Positions 9,888 through 22,151 of a stretch of 64,000 nt of DNA are shown one piece after another. A program made the position numbers and the translations under genes. The stretch's first letter is position 1. Every line of letters begins with the position of its first letter. The notes beneath the pieces are model-generated. The model did no database searches. It was not told the DNA's origin and saw nothing but the letters and a program-made list of their open reading frames with translations. The DNA comes from Alphaproteobacteria bacterium (GTDB taxonomy: Bacteria; Pseudomonadota; Alphaproteobacteria; Bin95): positions 160,001-224,000 of the forward strand of contig OZ219787.1 of the NCBI GenBank assembly GCA_964291285.2, given 5' to 3'.

Positions 9888-10214
9888 TAGGGATCGGCCA
9901 GGCCCGGCGCCAACTAGCAGTGCCCGTCCGACCGCAACGCCAAAGGATGCCAAAGCCGCCCGCTCCTTGTCTTCCTCGGCGGTCAGATTTTTGAACAATA
10001 CGTCATCGTTCCAGACAAATTCGACCCTTTCCCCCAAGAGGCTTCGAGGCGAAACCCCTAGTCGCCTAGCGAGGACGAACCGTAACTCAGTACGCGCTGA
10101 GGGAGAGTCAGCTAATTCCTTCGACCACCAGTCAGGCCATGCCGCTTTGATAGTCTGCCGGCTAATCCCTGCTTGAGATAATGCACTGACTAGAGATTTC
10201 GTTTCTTTGTCCAG
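9888..10214 (-). pseudogene. Truncated low-GC gene resembling the N-terminus of an ImmA/IrrE-associated protein
   Basis: RBS GGAGGAG + CTG; ...IKAAWPDWWSKELADSPSARTELRFVLARRLG...; cut by the IS5 end. Confidence 0.45.
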
Positions 10215-10285
10215 CTACTCCTCCATTGTTCTGCAGCCTCTGAAGAACTATGTACAGCTACGCCGCTCTTCAAGTGCGATTTCTG

Positions 10286-11915
10286 TCAAAAGAGACTGTC
10301 ATGCAGACCTCCTACATGGGCTCTCTCGTCACAATCAGTTCGAATACTGCTAACGTAGTTTAGCCACTCGTCTGCATGGCTGGGTAGGGTATTTATTGAC
10401 GATAGTTCACTTTCGCCCAAGATTTTAGGATCAAGAAGACGAACCCAATAGCTACCGAATAGCTATGCTCTGAGATTTACCTCATAGTCAGTGGGCCCGT
10501 CTTTACCGGTACGACATAACAGGACAGTGACCTGTGATGCACCAATTGACCCTCGACGGCCACCAACGTTACGGAATGCGTTGGGATCAAATGGTTTGCC
10601 AGAAAGTAGCCTGAGAGGATCTGATGAGTGGCACATCAACGCGTAATGCGACTGTTTAATTCCGCGTTCCGTATTGCCACGACTAGTCACGAGGACACCA
10701 TTTGGCAACAGCCTAATAACTCCATCACAATCTAGGTAGCGGCGCCATACGAAGATACTAGAAGGAGCAACATCGCGGGCTTTAGGTCGTGACTTCATCC
10801 GCGAGAAGATCGCGAGTACAGGTAGTTGAAGCCTCGCCATATGCCTAACGGCCGGTCCAGGCGCGTTACCTACACCCCAAAAGAAGGTGCCTCCTGTGGC
10901 GGTACGTTCTAGGCCCTGTGGACGTATTGACTCAGGAGCGTGTTCAGGGATTCCCGTGCGAGGATTTGTCTGAATCATGAGGCGTCGGCGATTCGGGGGT
11001 TTCGTTGATGTCGACGAAGATGACGAATGGAGACTGGGAGGTTGCGCTGGAGGTTTTCCGGCTTTGCCTTCCGAGGCGGGGTGCGAAGGCGAAGGACGAC
11101 CGTCTGTTTCTGGAGGCGCTGCACTTCTTTGCGGTTCACAACATCACCTGGCGGGCGCTGCCGGAGCGGTTCGGGCACTGGAATACGGTATGGCGGCGTT
11201 TTCACCGTCTGAGCCGTTCAGGGGTGTTCGAGGACTTTTTCGCCACGCTGGCGGATTTGAGCAGCACGGCGCACCTGGTTCAGATGTTCGATTCGACCGT
11301 GACCCGCGCGCATGTATCGGCGGCCGGCGCAAAAGGGGGCAGCAGGGTCAGGCGCTTGGACGCTCGCGGGGCGGTTTCAGCACCAAAATCCACCTGAAGA
11401 CCGATTTCGACGGCCTGCCGATCGCCTTCGACCTGACCGGCGGCGAGGCAGCCGACAGTCCGCATTTCGAGACCCTGATGGACATCGGCCCCGATGTCCG
11501 GCCCCGCGCCATCGTCGCCGACAAGGGCTATGACAGCGCCGGAAACCGCCAACTCGCCCGGAAAAGAGGCGCCCTGACCGTCATTCCCTACCGGAAGAAC
11601 ATCAAAAACAGGCCAAAGCGCTTCGCAAGCGCGCTCTACAGAGGACGGGCGCGCATCGAACAGGCCGTCGGCAAGCTCAAACGCTTCAAACGCATCGCCC
11701 TGCGCTGCGAAAAGACCGCCACAAACTTCAGCTCCTTCGTCGCACTCGCCGCTGCCTTCATCTTGATCAAATCCGTCCACAGGACCTAGCTCCTTACGCT
11801 CAACAATGGAGTTAAGAGGTTGTCCTGCTTCTGTATGCATGCGAGACCAACATACATATTCGTCGGACACACCAGTAGCAGATTTTTGCTTCGTTGAAGG
11901 GGTGAGGTCGCGCAA
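10286..11915 (-). pseudogene. Low-GC hypothetical protein interrupted by IS5, with an internal stop
   Basis: Rejoins as ...CWSRMHTEAGQPLNSIVERKEL|ERTATGGTFFWGVGN...GASQVT...NLRA*LFGSYWVRLLDP... Confidence 0.7.
10912..11786 (+). mobile_element. IS5-family element (875 bp) with a two-frame transposase (11005-11789)
   Basis: IRs GGCCCTGTGGACG / CGTCCACAGGACC, TA duplication in CTAG; GRSRGGFSTKIH, ADKGYD, RIALRCEK; slippery AAAAGGGGG near 11330. Confidence 0.9.
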
Positions 11916-12164
11916 GATGAAGTTGAACCTGTCTTATTTACGACAAAATGTCAAGCATTATTACGTATAGCCAAGTACTTACCGCAAAGCATGACCGGTC
12001 CCCCAAGCGGTGTGCCGACCGAGACGGTGTCAGTCGCCATCGTAACGCACTCGACGTGAAGCAGCATCTGCCTTATCCCAAGTCCACTCCTTCCTGTTGC
12101 ATGCTGATACCTGGGTACCGCTGCTCAGCGAGCAGGCTTTAGAATCGCGTCCGATTCGCCCCAC

Positions 12165-12225
12165 GTCAAATCCGCCCGTCATAAGCCCGCCGGCCGATCT
12201 CGGCGGCGATGATCGTGAAGCGGTC
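12165..12225 (-). repeat. 61-bp direct repeat of the TPP-enzyme gene 3' end (other copy 12969-13029)
   Basis: One mismatch between the two copies. Confidence 0.9.
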
Positions 12226-12271
12226 ACAGGCCGGCGCGGTCCGCGCGCCGTCAGCGATAGGCGGCGACGCC

Positions 12272-12586
12272 CTATCCGGCCGCATTGGGGCCGGGCGCCA
12301 CTTCGGCGCGCAGGGTCAGGCCCAGGGCACGAACGACCCTGAGAACCGTATCCAGATTCGGGACCCGGTCTCCCGAAAGCGCCTTGTAGAGGCTTTCGCG
12401 GGACAGGCCGGCATCGCGGGCGACCTGCGACATGCCCCTTGCGCGCGCGGCATCGCCCAGCGCCTTTGCGACGAACGCGGCATCGCCGCCGGCTTCCTCC
12501 ATGGCGGCCTCCAGATAAGCGGCCATTTCCTCCGGCGTGCGCAGATGTTCGGCCACGTCGTAGGGTGAAGTCGGGGTCCCGGCCAT
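12272..12586 (-). CDS. Addiction-module antidote protein (HTH antitoxin)
   Basis: YDVAEHLRTPEEMAAYL...GMSQVARDAGLSRESLYKALS. Confidence 0.9.
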   Translation of the reverse strand: MAGTPTSPYDVAEHLRTPEEMAAYLEAAMEEAGGDAAFVAKALGDAARARGMSQVARDAGLSRESLYKALSGDRVPNLDTVLRVVRALGLTLRAEVAPGPNAAG

Positions 12587-12595
12587 GATGTCCTC

Positions 12596-12886
12596 CTACA
12601 GGTTCCGGGCGAGGCGCAGGGCCGTCCCGATGTCGCGGTCCTGGGTTCGCTTGTCTCCGCCGGCCAGCAGAACCACGACCGTGCGGCCCTGCCGCTTGAA
12701 ATACACCCGGTAGCCGGGACCGTAGTCGATCCGGAGTTCCGAAACGCCTTCGCCGACGGGCCTCGCGTCTCCCGGGTTTCCGGCCGCCAGACGCTCGACC
12801 CGAACCAGGATACGGGCCTTGGCCCGCACGTCCCGCAAGCCGTCCAGCCACTTGGCGTAGACCTCCGTCTTGCGAACCTCAAGCAT
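12596..12886 (-). CDS. Addiction-module killer protein (RelE/ParE-type toxin)
   Basis: GNPGDARPVGEGVSELRIDYGPGYRVY, LLAGGDKRTQ. Confidence 0.92.
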   Translation of the reverse strand: MLEVRKTEVYAKWLDGLRDVRAKARILVRVERLAAGNPGDARPVGEGVSELRIDYGPGYRVYFKRQGRTVVVLLAGGDKRTQDRDIGTALRLARNL

Positions 12887-12969
12887 ACGGGCAATGTAGC
12901 CGAGTGGCTACATTCCATCAACAGGCCCCGTCGACGGCCCTGCCGGAAGCGCGGGGGCTTCGCCGCCTG

Positions 12970-14577
12970 TCAAATCCGCCCGTCATAAGCCCGCCGGCCG
13001 ATCCCGGCGGCGATGATCGTGAAGCGGTCGCGGGCGAGCGCCGCCTCCAGTTCCCGCGCCAGCGCGGCGCGGTCGCGGACGGCTACGCCCTCGCCGCCGA
13101 GCGCCCTTGCGACGGCGGGGAAGTCGGTGGCGCCGAAGTCCACGGCGAGGTTCGGGAGCTGGGAGGTGCGCTGCTTCAGCTCGATCAGGCCGAGTTGCGC
13201 GTCCACGAAGACGAGGATGGGGATGGCGAGGCCGAGGTCGCGGAGCGTGGCGAGCTCGCCGAGGAACATCTCCAGGCCGCCGTCGCCGATGGTCGCCACC
13301 ACCGCGCGGTCCGGCTCCGCCAGCTTGCGCCCGATGGCGAGCGGCACCGCGCAGCCCATGGTGCAGAGGCCGGTGGACTGGAGCAGGCCGCGCGGGCGGT
13401 AGCATTCGAACAGCTGGCTCAGCACGATCCGGTGCGCGCCGCTGTCGGTGGTCACCACGGCGTCGCGCGGCAGCGACCGGCGCAGCACATCGACCACCGC
13501 CGCCGGGCCCCACTCCTCGTCGAGCCGGCTTTCCGCGCGGAGCGCCGCCCTGGCCGCCGCCGGCTCGCCCTCCGGCCAGGTGCCGCGCGGCTCCACGCCC
13601 CGGCCGAGCGCCTCCAGGCCGGCGGCGACATTGCCGGGGAAGGCGAGCCGGGCCCGGTGCATGCCGTGGCCGCCGGCAACGGCCGGCAGGTCGATCACGC
13701 GCGCGCCGTCCGGCCACGGGTCGCGCCAGCCGATGCGCATCTCTATCGGGTCGTAGCCGGCGAGCACCACGCAGTCCGACGCCGCGGCCAGAGGCAGCAG
13801 GCGGCGGTCCGCGCGCGGGCTGAGGCCGGCGCCGCCGAGCGCCAGCGGGCCGTCCTCCGGCAGCACGCCCTTCGCCTTGTAGCTGGTGACGAGCGGCGCG
13901 CCGAACCGCCGGCAGAAATCCGCGACGGCCGCCTCCGCCCGCTGGTTCAGCACGTCGAGGCCGGCGATCACGAGCGGGCGGCGGGCTTGCCGGAGCCACG
14001 ACCGGGCCTCCTCCAGCGCCGGGCCTTCCGCCGGGCCGACCGGGGCGGGCGCTGGCTCCGGGGCGGGCGGCGGCGCGGCCTGCTCGCGGGTCTGCACGTC
14101 GATGGGGATGTCCAGCAGCACCGGGCCGGGCCGGCCTTCCGTGGCGATGGCGACCGCCCGGTCGGCGAGCAGGGCGGCCATGCCGTTCTCGACCCGGAAG
14201 GCGGCCTTGGCGACCGGCTCCACCAGCTTCACATGGTCGAGCACCTGGTGGGTGTAGGCGTGGCGCTCGTCGGTGGAGACGCAGCCGGTCAGCACCACCA
14301 TCGGCATGCGGTCCTGCCAGGCGTTGGCGATGGTGTTGACCGCGTTGGCGAGGCCGGGGCCGATGGTGGCGACCAGGATCGCCGGCGCGCCGTCATGGTG
14401 GTGGACGCCCTCGCCCATGAAGCCCGCGCAGGTCTCGTGCCGGGCGAGCACCACGCGGATGCCGGCCCGGTCGAGCGCGTCCATGACCGCCAGCACCTCG
14501 CCGCCCGGAATGCCGAACGCGTGCCGGCAGCCGGCCGCCGCCAGCCGCCGCGCAATCAGGTCCGCCGAATGGGGCAT
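12970..14577 (-). CDS. Thiamine pyrophosphate-binding protein (acetolactate synthase-like)
   Basis: FGIPGG, RHE, IGPG, TMGCAVP, GDGG motifs; start at MPHSADLIA. Confidence 0.9.
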   Translation of the reverse strand: MPHSADLIARRLAAAGCRHAFGIPGGEVLAVMDALDRAGIRVVLARHETCAGFMGEGVHHHDGAPAILVATIGPGLANAVNTIANAWQDRMPMVVLTGCVSTDERHAYTHQVLDHVKLVEPVAKAAFRVENGMAALLADRAVAIATEGRPGPVLLDIPIDVQTREQAAPPPAPEPAPAPVGPAEGPALEEARSWLRQARRPLVIAGLDVLNQRAEAAVADFCRRFGAPLVTSYKAKGVLPEDGPLALGGAGLSPRADRRLLPLAAASDCVVLAGYDPIEMRIGWRDPWPDGARVIDLPAVAGGHGMHRARLAFPGNVAAGLEALGRGVEPRGTWPEGEPAAARAALRAESRLDEEWGPAAVVDVLRRSLPRDAVVTTDSGAHRIVLSQLFECYRPRGLLQSTGLCTMGCAVPLAIGRKLAEPDRAVVATIGDGGLEMFLGELATLRDLGLAIPILVFVDAQLGLIELKQRTSQLPNLAVDFGATDFPAVARALGGEGVAVRDRAALARELEAALARDRFTIIAAGIGRRAYDGRI

Positions 14578-14683
14578 GGCGCCCTCCCTCTCCCCCGGGA
14601 CCGCCGCTTTTACCGGAAGCGGTTGACGCGGGCGAGCGCCCGGGCCGGAGCGGCGGGGCCGGGACCGGAGGAGGTCGAAAAAA

Positions 14684-14698
14684 CTTCTTGCTTTGTTC
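14684..14698 (+). promoter_or_regulatory. LexA (SOS) box
   Basis: CTTC-N7-GTTC, one mismatch to the alphaproteobacterial GTTC-N7-GTTC; upstream of the radical SAM gene. Confidence 0.6.
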
Positions 14699-14721
14699 CC
14701 GTTTCGTAGTAACCTGCCCGC

Positions 14722-15780
14722 ATGCAGGCGGTTCGGAAAGGGCGCGGGGCGGCGAGCAACCGGAGCGGGCGCTACGAGCGTGCGCAGGCGGAGGCGTTCG
14801 ACGACGGCTGGGGCACGGTGGAGGAGGAGCCGGCGCCGCTGCGCACGACCGTCACCGAGGAGGCGCCGCACAAGGTCATCACCCGCAACGACTCGCCGGA
14901 CCTCGGCTTCGACCGGTCGGTCAACCCCTACCGGGGCTGCGAACATGGCTGCATCTACTGCTATGCGCGGCCGACCCATGCCTGGCTCGGGCTCTCGCCG
15001 GGGCTCGATTTCGAGAGCCGGCTCTATGCCAAGCCGACCGCGCCGGCGCTGCTGGAGAAGGAACTGGCGCGGCCCGGCTACCGCTGCCGGGTGCTCGCCG
15101 TCGGCACCAACACCGACGCCTACCAGCCGATCGAGAAGCGCTACGCCGTCATGCGCGGCATCCTCGAAGTGCTGGCCCGCTGCCGCCACCCGGTCTCGAT
15201 CACCACCAAGTCCGCCCTCGTGCTGCGGGACCGGGGCCTGCTGGCGGAGATGGCGGCCGACAACCTCGCCCACGTCACCATGTCGGTCACCACGCTGGAC
15301 GGGCGGCTCGCGCGCAGCATGGAGCCGCGCGCCTCCGCGCCGGGGCGGCGGCTGGAGGCAGTGGCCGGGCTGCGCGAGGCGGGCGTGCCGGTCTCGGTCA
15401 ATTTCGCGCCCATTATCCCGGCGCTGAACGACCACGAGATGGAGGCGGTTCTGGAGGCGGCCGCCGCGGCCGGGGCGGGCGGCGCCGGCTACACGCTGCT
15501 GCGCCTGCCGATGGAGATCGCCGACCTGTTCCGCGAATGGCTGGAAGCGCATGCGCCGGACCGGGCGGCGCGGGTGCTCTCCCGCGTGCGCGACATGCGC
15601 GGCGGCCCGCTTTACAAGAGCGCCTTCCATGTGCGCATGAAGGGCGAGGGCGCCTATGCCGAGACGATCTCGAAGCGCTTCGCCATCGCCTGCCGCCGCC
15701 TCGGCCTCGAACGCGGCTACGGCAGGCTGGACGACACCCGCTTCCGCCCGCCCGGCGGACAATTGCAACTGGAGCTCTGA
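14722..15780 (+). CDS. PA0069-family radical SAM protein (SPL-like)
   Basis: NPYRGCEHGCIYCYARP, GTNTDAYQP. Confidence 0.92.
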   Translation: MQAVRKGRGAASNRSGRYERAQAEAFDDGWGTVEEEPAPLRTTVTEEAPHKVITRNDSPDLGFDRSVNPYRGCEHGCIYCYARPTHAWLGLSPGLDFESRLYAKPTAPALLEKELARPGYRCRVLAVGTNTDAYQPIEKRYAVMRGILEVLARCRHPVSITTKSALVLRDRGLLAEMAADNLAHVTMSVTTLDGRLARSMEPRASAPGRRLEAVAGLREAGVPVSVNFAPIIPALNDHEMEAVLEAAAAAGAGGAGYTLLRLPMEIADLFREWLEAHAPDRAARVLSRVRDMRGGPLYKSAFHVRMKGEGAYAETISKRFAIACRRLGLERGYGRLDDTRFRPPGGQLQLEL

Positions 15781-17526
<1,746 letters not shown>

Positions 17527-17530
17527 GAGG

Positions 17531-18547
17531 ATGGCGAGCGACAATGCGGACTGGCTGGCGATGACCGAAGAGGAGGCGCTGGAGCCGGACCTGCCGATCT
17601 GCGACCCGCACCACCATCTCTGGGATGCGCGCGCGGGCTATGTGCAGCCGCGCTACCTGCTGGACGAGTTCCTGGAGGACCTTGCCAGCGGCCACAATGT
17701 GGTCAGCACGGTCTTCATCGAGTGCGGGGCGATGTTCCGCGCCGACGGGCCGGAGGACATGCGCCCGGTCGGCGAGACCGAGTTCGTGAACGGCATCGCC
17801 GCGATGTCCGCCTCCGGCGGCTACGGGCCGGCGCGGATCGCCGCCGGCATCGTCGGCACGGCCTATCTCGACCGGGGCGACAGCGCAGCCGCCGTGCTGG
17901 ACGCCCAGATCGAGGCCGGGCGCGGGCGGTTCCGGGGCATCCGGCAGGGCGCCACCTGGCATGAAAGCCCCGAGGTCTCCAACCACCGCACGGAGCCGCC
18001 GCCCGGCCGCTATGACAGCGCCGGCTTCCGCGCCGGCCTCGCCCACCTCGCGCCGAGGGGGCTCACCTTCGAGCTCTGGTGCTACCACACGCAGCTCGAC
18101 GAAGCGGCCCGGCTGGTCCGCGACTTCCCGGAGCAGACCTTCATCCTCGACCATTTCGGCGGGCCCGTCGGCATCGGCCCCTATGAGGGACGCGCGGACG
18201 AGGTGTTCGCCGACTGGCGCAAGGCCGTGGCGCCCGTCGCCGCCTGCCCGAATGTCATGGCCAAGCTCGGCGGGCTCGCGATGGAGGTCAACGGCTTCGG
18301 CTGGCACGAGCGGCCCCGCCCGCCGACCAGCCAGGAGCTGATGGACGCCTCCCGGCGCTACTACGAGGCGACCCTGGAGCTGTTCGGCACGGAGCGCTGC
18401 CTGTTCGAATCGAACTTCCCGGTCGAGAAGGTGAGCTGCAGCTACACGGTGCTCTGGAACGCCTTCAAGCGCCTGACCGCCGGCTACTCGGCGGACGAAA
18501 AGGCAGCGCTCTACCACGACAACGCCGCCCGCATCTACCGCCTGTGA
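17531..18547 (+). CDS. Amidohydrolase family protein
   Basis: DPHHHLW, ILDHFGGP, FESNFPV. Confidence 0.88.
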   Translation: MASDNADWLAMTEEEALEPDLPICDPHHHLWDARAGYVQPRYLLDEFLEDLASGHNVVSTVFIECGAMFRADGPEDMRPVGETEFVNGIAAMSASGGYGPARIAAGIVGTAYLDRGDSAAAVLDAQIEAGRGRFRGIRQGATWHESPEVSNHRTEPPPGRYDSAGFRAGLAHLAPRGLTFELWCYHTQLDEAARLVRDFPEQTFILDHFGGPVGIGPYEGRADEVFADWRKAVAPVAACPNVMAKLGGLAMEVNGFGWHERPRPPTSQELMDASRRYYEATLELFGTERCLFESNFPVEKVSCSYTVLWNAFKRLTAGYSADEKAALYHDNAARIYRL

Positions 18548-18575
18548 CGGGATGCGGACGCCGGGTTCGCCCGTC

Positions 18576-18740
18576 TCACTGGGGCAGCGGCTGAAGCAAC
18601 CCGACGACCAGACCGACGATCAACGCGCCCTGCGCCGCCAGAAGCCCCACCATGATGCCGGCCATGCGCCAGGTCAGCCGCGTTTCCAGCGAGGCAAGGT
18701 CGGCTTTCGTTGCGATGAAGCCGGCGGGTGCGGCTCCGGT
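18576..18740 (-). pseudogene. DUF1640/CCDC90-like C-terminal fragment
   Basis: ATKADLASLETRLTWRMAG followed by a TM helix; no clear start. Confidence 0.4.
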
Positions 18741-18799
18741 TGGTGCGGGGCCAGCGCGGCGATCTCGGCCGCTTCCGCTATGGGGCGTCGCCGATGAGG

Positions 18800-19141
18800 T
18801 CAAAATGAGCAATCGAAAACGAAAGAGGGTTTTCTTCGTTCGCCTTCGGGGATGCCGGTGAAATCGTAGTAGCGCGCAAAGCCGCTGGGTCCGAGGTGGA
18901 CTTCGAACTTTTCCCAATCCCAGACATGTTCCAACCCTTGTCGCGCATAGGTTGCCGACAACTCGGTACCGTCGAACCGGACAATTCCCAAGCCGAAGTC
19001 TTTATCGGCCGGCTTGTGGAGTTCTAGTCCGTTTTCGCAGTGCCAGCTTTCGTAAGGCTGCCCGTAGAGGTGTGTTCGGGTTTTGCATCCGGCCAGCATG
19101 ACAGCCGCGAGCATGGTGGTGGCTATAATGGCGCGGTTCAT
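18800..19141 (-). CDS. Small hypothetical lipoprotein
   Basis: MNRAIIATTMLAAVMLAGC lipobox; lower GC. Confidence 0.7.
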   Translation of the reverse strand: MNRAIIATTMLAAVMLAGCKTRTHLYGQPYESWHCENGLELHKPADKDFGLGIVRFDGTELSATYARQGLEHVWDWEKFEVHLGPSGFARYYDFTGIPEGERRKPSFVFDCSF

Positions 19142-19557
19142 ATCCGTTTCCTCTTGAGCCATATGATAGCGAGGGCAAGTCCGACTCCAACTGCCATGCC
19201 GAGCGCCGGAGAGATGGGGGCGACGATTTCGGTAGGGCCGATACGATTCTGCTCCCTATCGGAATCGCCCCCTACAAGTGGACCCTATCCGAATAAAGAG
19301 GGTTACAAGGATAGGCTGACGGGGAGACCAACGATATTTCTTCCACCATACCTCCACGCCCCCTCCGCCATACCCGGAGAGAGGTCGCGAAGATCATGTC
19401 CCGCTGCGAGCGCTTGGAAGAACTCTTCGACAAGCGGCATACAGCCCTGCGGAATGACTGACGGGACCCATCGAGAACCACAAACGCGGCTGTCGCTGCC
19501 GGAGTCGAACGACAGTCTTTGCAGCGCCGTCCGCACGACCGGGGCCAGAAGTACGGC

Positions 19558-19582
19558 CGCCGCCCGCATCTACCGCCTCTGA
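19558..19582 (+). repeat. 25-bp direct repeat of the amidohydrolase 3' end (other copy 18523-18547)
   Basis: CGCCGCCCGCATCTACCGCCT(G/C)TGA at both sites. Confidence 0.8.
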
Positions 19583-19600
19583 TGCGGCGCGGGCGCCTGC

Positions 19601-20797
19601 TCAGGACGGCGGATCGTTCCGCCAGGGCAGGAAGGCGCGGATGCGCTCCCGGTTCGCGCGCACGCCCTCCGGGCCGCTCGACAGAAGGCCGCGACGCACC
19701 AGCGCCTCGACATCGCGCAGCAGCGTCCGGTTCGAAACCGTGGCGTAGTCCCGCGCCACCGCTGCGTCCAGAGACGACAGGCGGCCGACCGGAACCGCCT
19801 CGGGCTGCCGCGACAGGGCGAGCACCAGGGACCGGCGCCGACGCTCCGTAGCGCCTCCGCTTTCTCCGAATTGCTCATGGACGAAATTGACCCAGGCGAC
19901 CGCCTCCTGATGCTCCCGGATGACCTCGACCTGTTCCCGCAATCCGTCCGCAAATCCCCGGATCGCGTAGCTTGCGAAGCCGTATATGCCGTTCTCCTGG
20001 CCGCTGGCCCTCGCAAGCTGGCGGTAATACTCCGTTCGCGTGAGGTTGTAGTGGTTGCTGGGCAGGTGGCAGGCAGGCTGAGGCAGGCCCGCTTCCAGCA
20101 GGATGGCCAGTTCGATCAGCCGCGCCGTGCGTCCGTTGCCGTCGCCGAAGGGATGGATCCAGACGAAATAGAGGTGCGCGAAGACCGCCTTGAGGATCGA
20201 GAAGGCGTAGCGGTTCTCGTCCGGCAGTGGAAAACCGTTCAACACCCCGCAAAGCCGGTCCAGCAGGAATTCGGCGTCGCGCCGGTCCGGGCAACGGTAA
20301 CCGCCGACCGACACGTTCACCTCGCGGACTTTCCCGGGTTCGACATGGTCGTCAACCTCAAGGCCTTGCAGCACCATCGCGTTCAGGCGCTCGACACCCG
20401 CTACGCTCAGGGGGAAGCGGCCCTGCCCGGCGATTTCGCCGGCCACCATGTTGCAGGCCTCGGCGATGTTCCGGATTTCGCGCCCGAGATAGGCCCGCGA
20501 CGGCGGCAGCGTCGCCCTGTCGTCGATCACGTCGCGCGCTTCCGCCTCGGAGAGCGTGTTGCCTTCGATAGCAGTGGTAGCGAGGGCGCCTCTTGCTAGG
20601 TAGAGCCGGTGGACCTCCTCGGCAACGTCCGGGTCCAGCGGCGCACCGGCGATCCGGTCGATCATCGCCGCCGCCTCGCCAAGGGCCAGCCAGTCCGTAT
20701 GCTGCAGCCGCCCGAGATCGAAGGCAAAGGTCAGCCAGGGATGTGTCCGCTCGTATGGCCGCTGGTTTGTCACTGTCTTTGTCACAAACAGATCCAA
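19601..20797 (-). CDS. Fic family protein with a C-terminal HTH
   Basis: HPFGDGNGRTAR; TTAIEGN; RTLLRDVEALV. Confidence 0.92.
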   Translation of the reverse strand: MDLFVTKTVTNQRPYERTHPWLTFAFDLGRLQHTDWLALGEAAAMIDRIAGAPLDPDVAEEVHRLYLARGALATTAIEGNTLSEAEARDVIDDRATLPPSRAYLGREIRNIAEACNMVAGEIAGQGRFPLSVAGVERLNAMVLQGLEVDDHVEPGKVREVNVSVGGYRCPDRRDAEFLLDRLCGVLNGFPLPDENRYAFSILKAVFAHLYFVWIHPFGDGNGRTARLIELAILLEAGLPQPACHLPSNHYNLTRTEYYRQLARASGQENGIYGFASYAIRGFADGLREQVEVIREHQEAVAWVNFVHEQFGESGGATERRRRSLVLALSRQPEAVPVGRLSSLDAAVARDYATVSNRTLLRDVEALVRRGLLSSGPEGVRANRERIRAFLPWRNDPPS

Positions 20798-20900
20798 GAG
20801 AATATGATTGTATTCAATCGGTTACATTATTTCAATGGAAGATATGACAGATCGGCTGACAACATTTCTGTCAACGCTGGCAACAGCGATGCCGCCGCCC

Positions 20901-22151
20901 TCAACCCACGCGGACGAGGCGGGCGGCGTAGAAGCCGTCCATGCCGCCGCGGTCGGCCAGCATGGAGGGCAGGGTGCGCAGCGCGCCGTCGGGCGCCGCA
21001 GCGTCCGGCAGGGCCGGGAAGGCGACCGGCTCCAGCGCGAAATCGGGCCGCCCGGCGAGGAAGGCGGCGATGCGCTCCGGCCCTTCCTCCGGCTCCAGCG
21101 AGCAGCAGGCATAGACCAGCCGTCCGCCGGGCGCCGTGGCGCGGGCCGCGCCCTCAAGCAGGCGGTCCTGGAGCGCGGTCAGCCGGTCGAGCCGCCGCCC
21201 GGCCCGGCGGTGCAGGATGTCGGGATGGCGGCGGATCGTGCCGGTGGCGCTGCAGGGCGCATCCAGCAGCACGGCCGGGAAGAGCGTCTCCGGCCGCCAC
21301 TCGGCAGCGTCCGCCTCGACCCACTCCGCTTCGAGGCCGAGACGGGCGAGGTTGGCGCGGGCCGCCGCCAGCCGCTCCGGGGCCCGGTCCACCGCCGTCA
21401 CCCGCGCGCCGGCCGCGGCGAGCTGCGCGGTCTTGCCCCCCGGCGCGGCGCAGAGGTCCAGCACGCGCTCGCCGGCGACCGGGCCCAGCATCCGCGCCGG
21501 CAGGGCGGCCGCCATGTCCTGGACCCACCAGCCGCCCTCGTCATAGCCGGGCATCCGGCTTATCGCGCCCGGCCGCGTAAGGCGCAGCGAGCCGGTCGGC
21601 ATGGTCCTGCCCTCCGGCAGCGGCCCCGGCGCATCCGGCCGGCGGAGGGTGAGATCGAGCGGCGCTTCCCCGAGATGCGCCCCGGCGATGGCGCGGGCGG
21701 CGGTTTCGCCATAGGCCGCTTCCCAGCCCGCCAGCAGGCGCGGCGGCGTGTTGAGCCGGGCGGCGTCCTGGGCTTCCACCAGGGCCGGTCCCTCGCGCGC
21801 GCAGCGGCGCAGCACGGCGTTGACGAGGCCCTTCATGCGCGCATCCGCCAGGCCGACGGCGGTATCGACGGCCGCATGGGCGGGCACTTCCTCGAACAGT
21901 ATCTGCGCCATGCCGAGCATCAGCAGCAGCCGGGTCCGCTCCGCGCGGCGGGGCAGGGGCCGCGCGAGGAAACGGTCCAGCAGGGCTTCGATCTGGCCCG
22001 CCCGGCGCAGCGCCGTCGCGGCCAGGCGGCGCGCGAAGGCGCGTTGCTCCGGGCTTCCTCTGTCCGGCGCGGCGTCTTCCAGCGGGCGGCCTTCCAGCAG
22101 GACAGAAGCGAGCAGGTCGAGGGCGAGCGCGCGGGCCGCGCCGCCGCTCAC
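20901..22151 (-). CDS. rsmB: RsmB/NOP family RNA m5C methyltransferase
   Basis: NusB-like N-terminus, [29 protein letters not shown]. Confidence 0.9.
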   Translation of the reverse strand: MSGGAARALALDLLASVLLEGRPLEDAAPDRGSPEQRAFARRLAATALRRAGQIEALLDRFLARPLPRRAERTRLLLMLGMAQILFEEVPAHAAVDTAVGLADARMKGLVNAVLRRCAREGPALVEAQDAARLNTPPRLLAGWEAAYGETAARAIAGAHLGEAPLDLTLRRPDAPGPLPEGRTMPTGSLRLTRPGAISRMPGYDEGGWWVQDMAAALPARMLGPVAGERVLDLCAAPGGKTAQLAAAGARVTAVDRAPERLAAARANLARLGLEAEWVEADAAEWRPETLFPAVLLDAPCSATGTIRRHPDILHRRAGRRLDRLTALQDRLLEGAARATAPGGRLVYACCSLEPEEGPERIAAFLAGRPDFALEPVAFPALPDAAAPDGALRTLPSMLADRGGMDGFYAARLVRVG

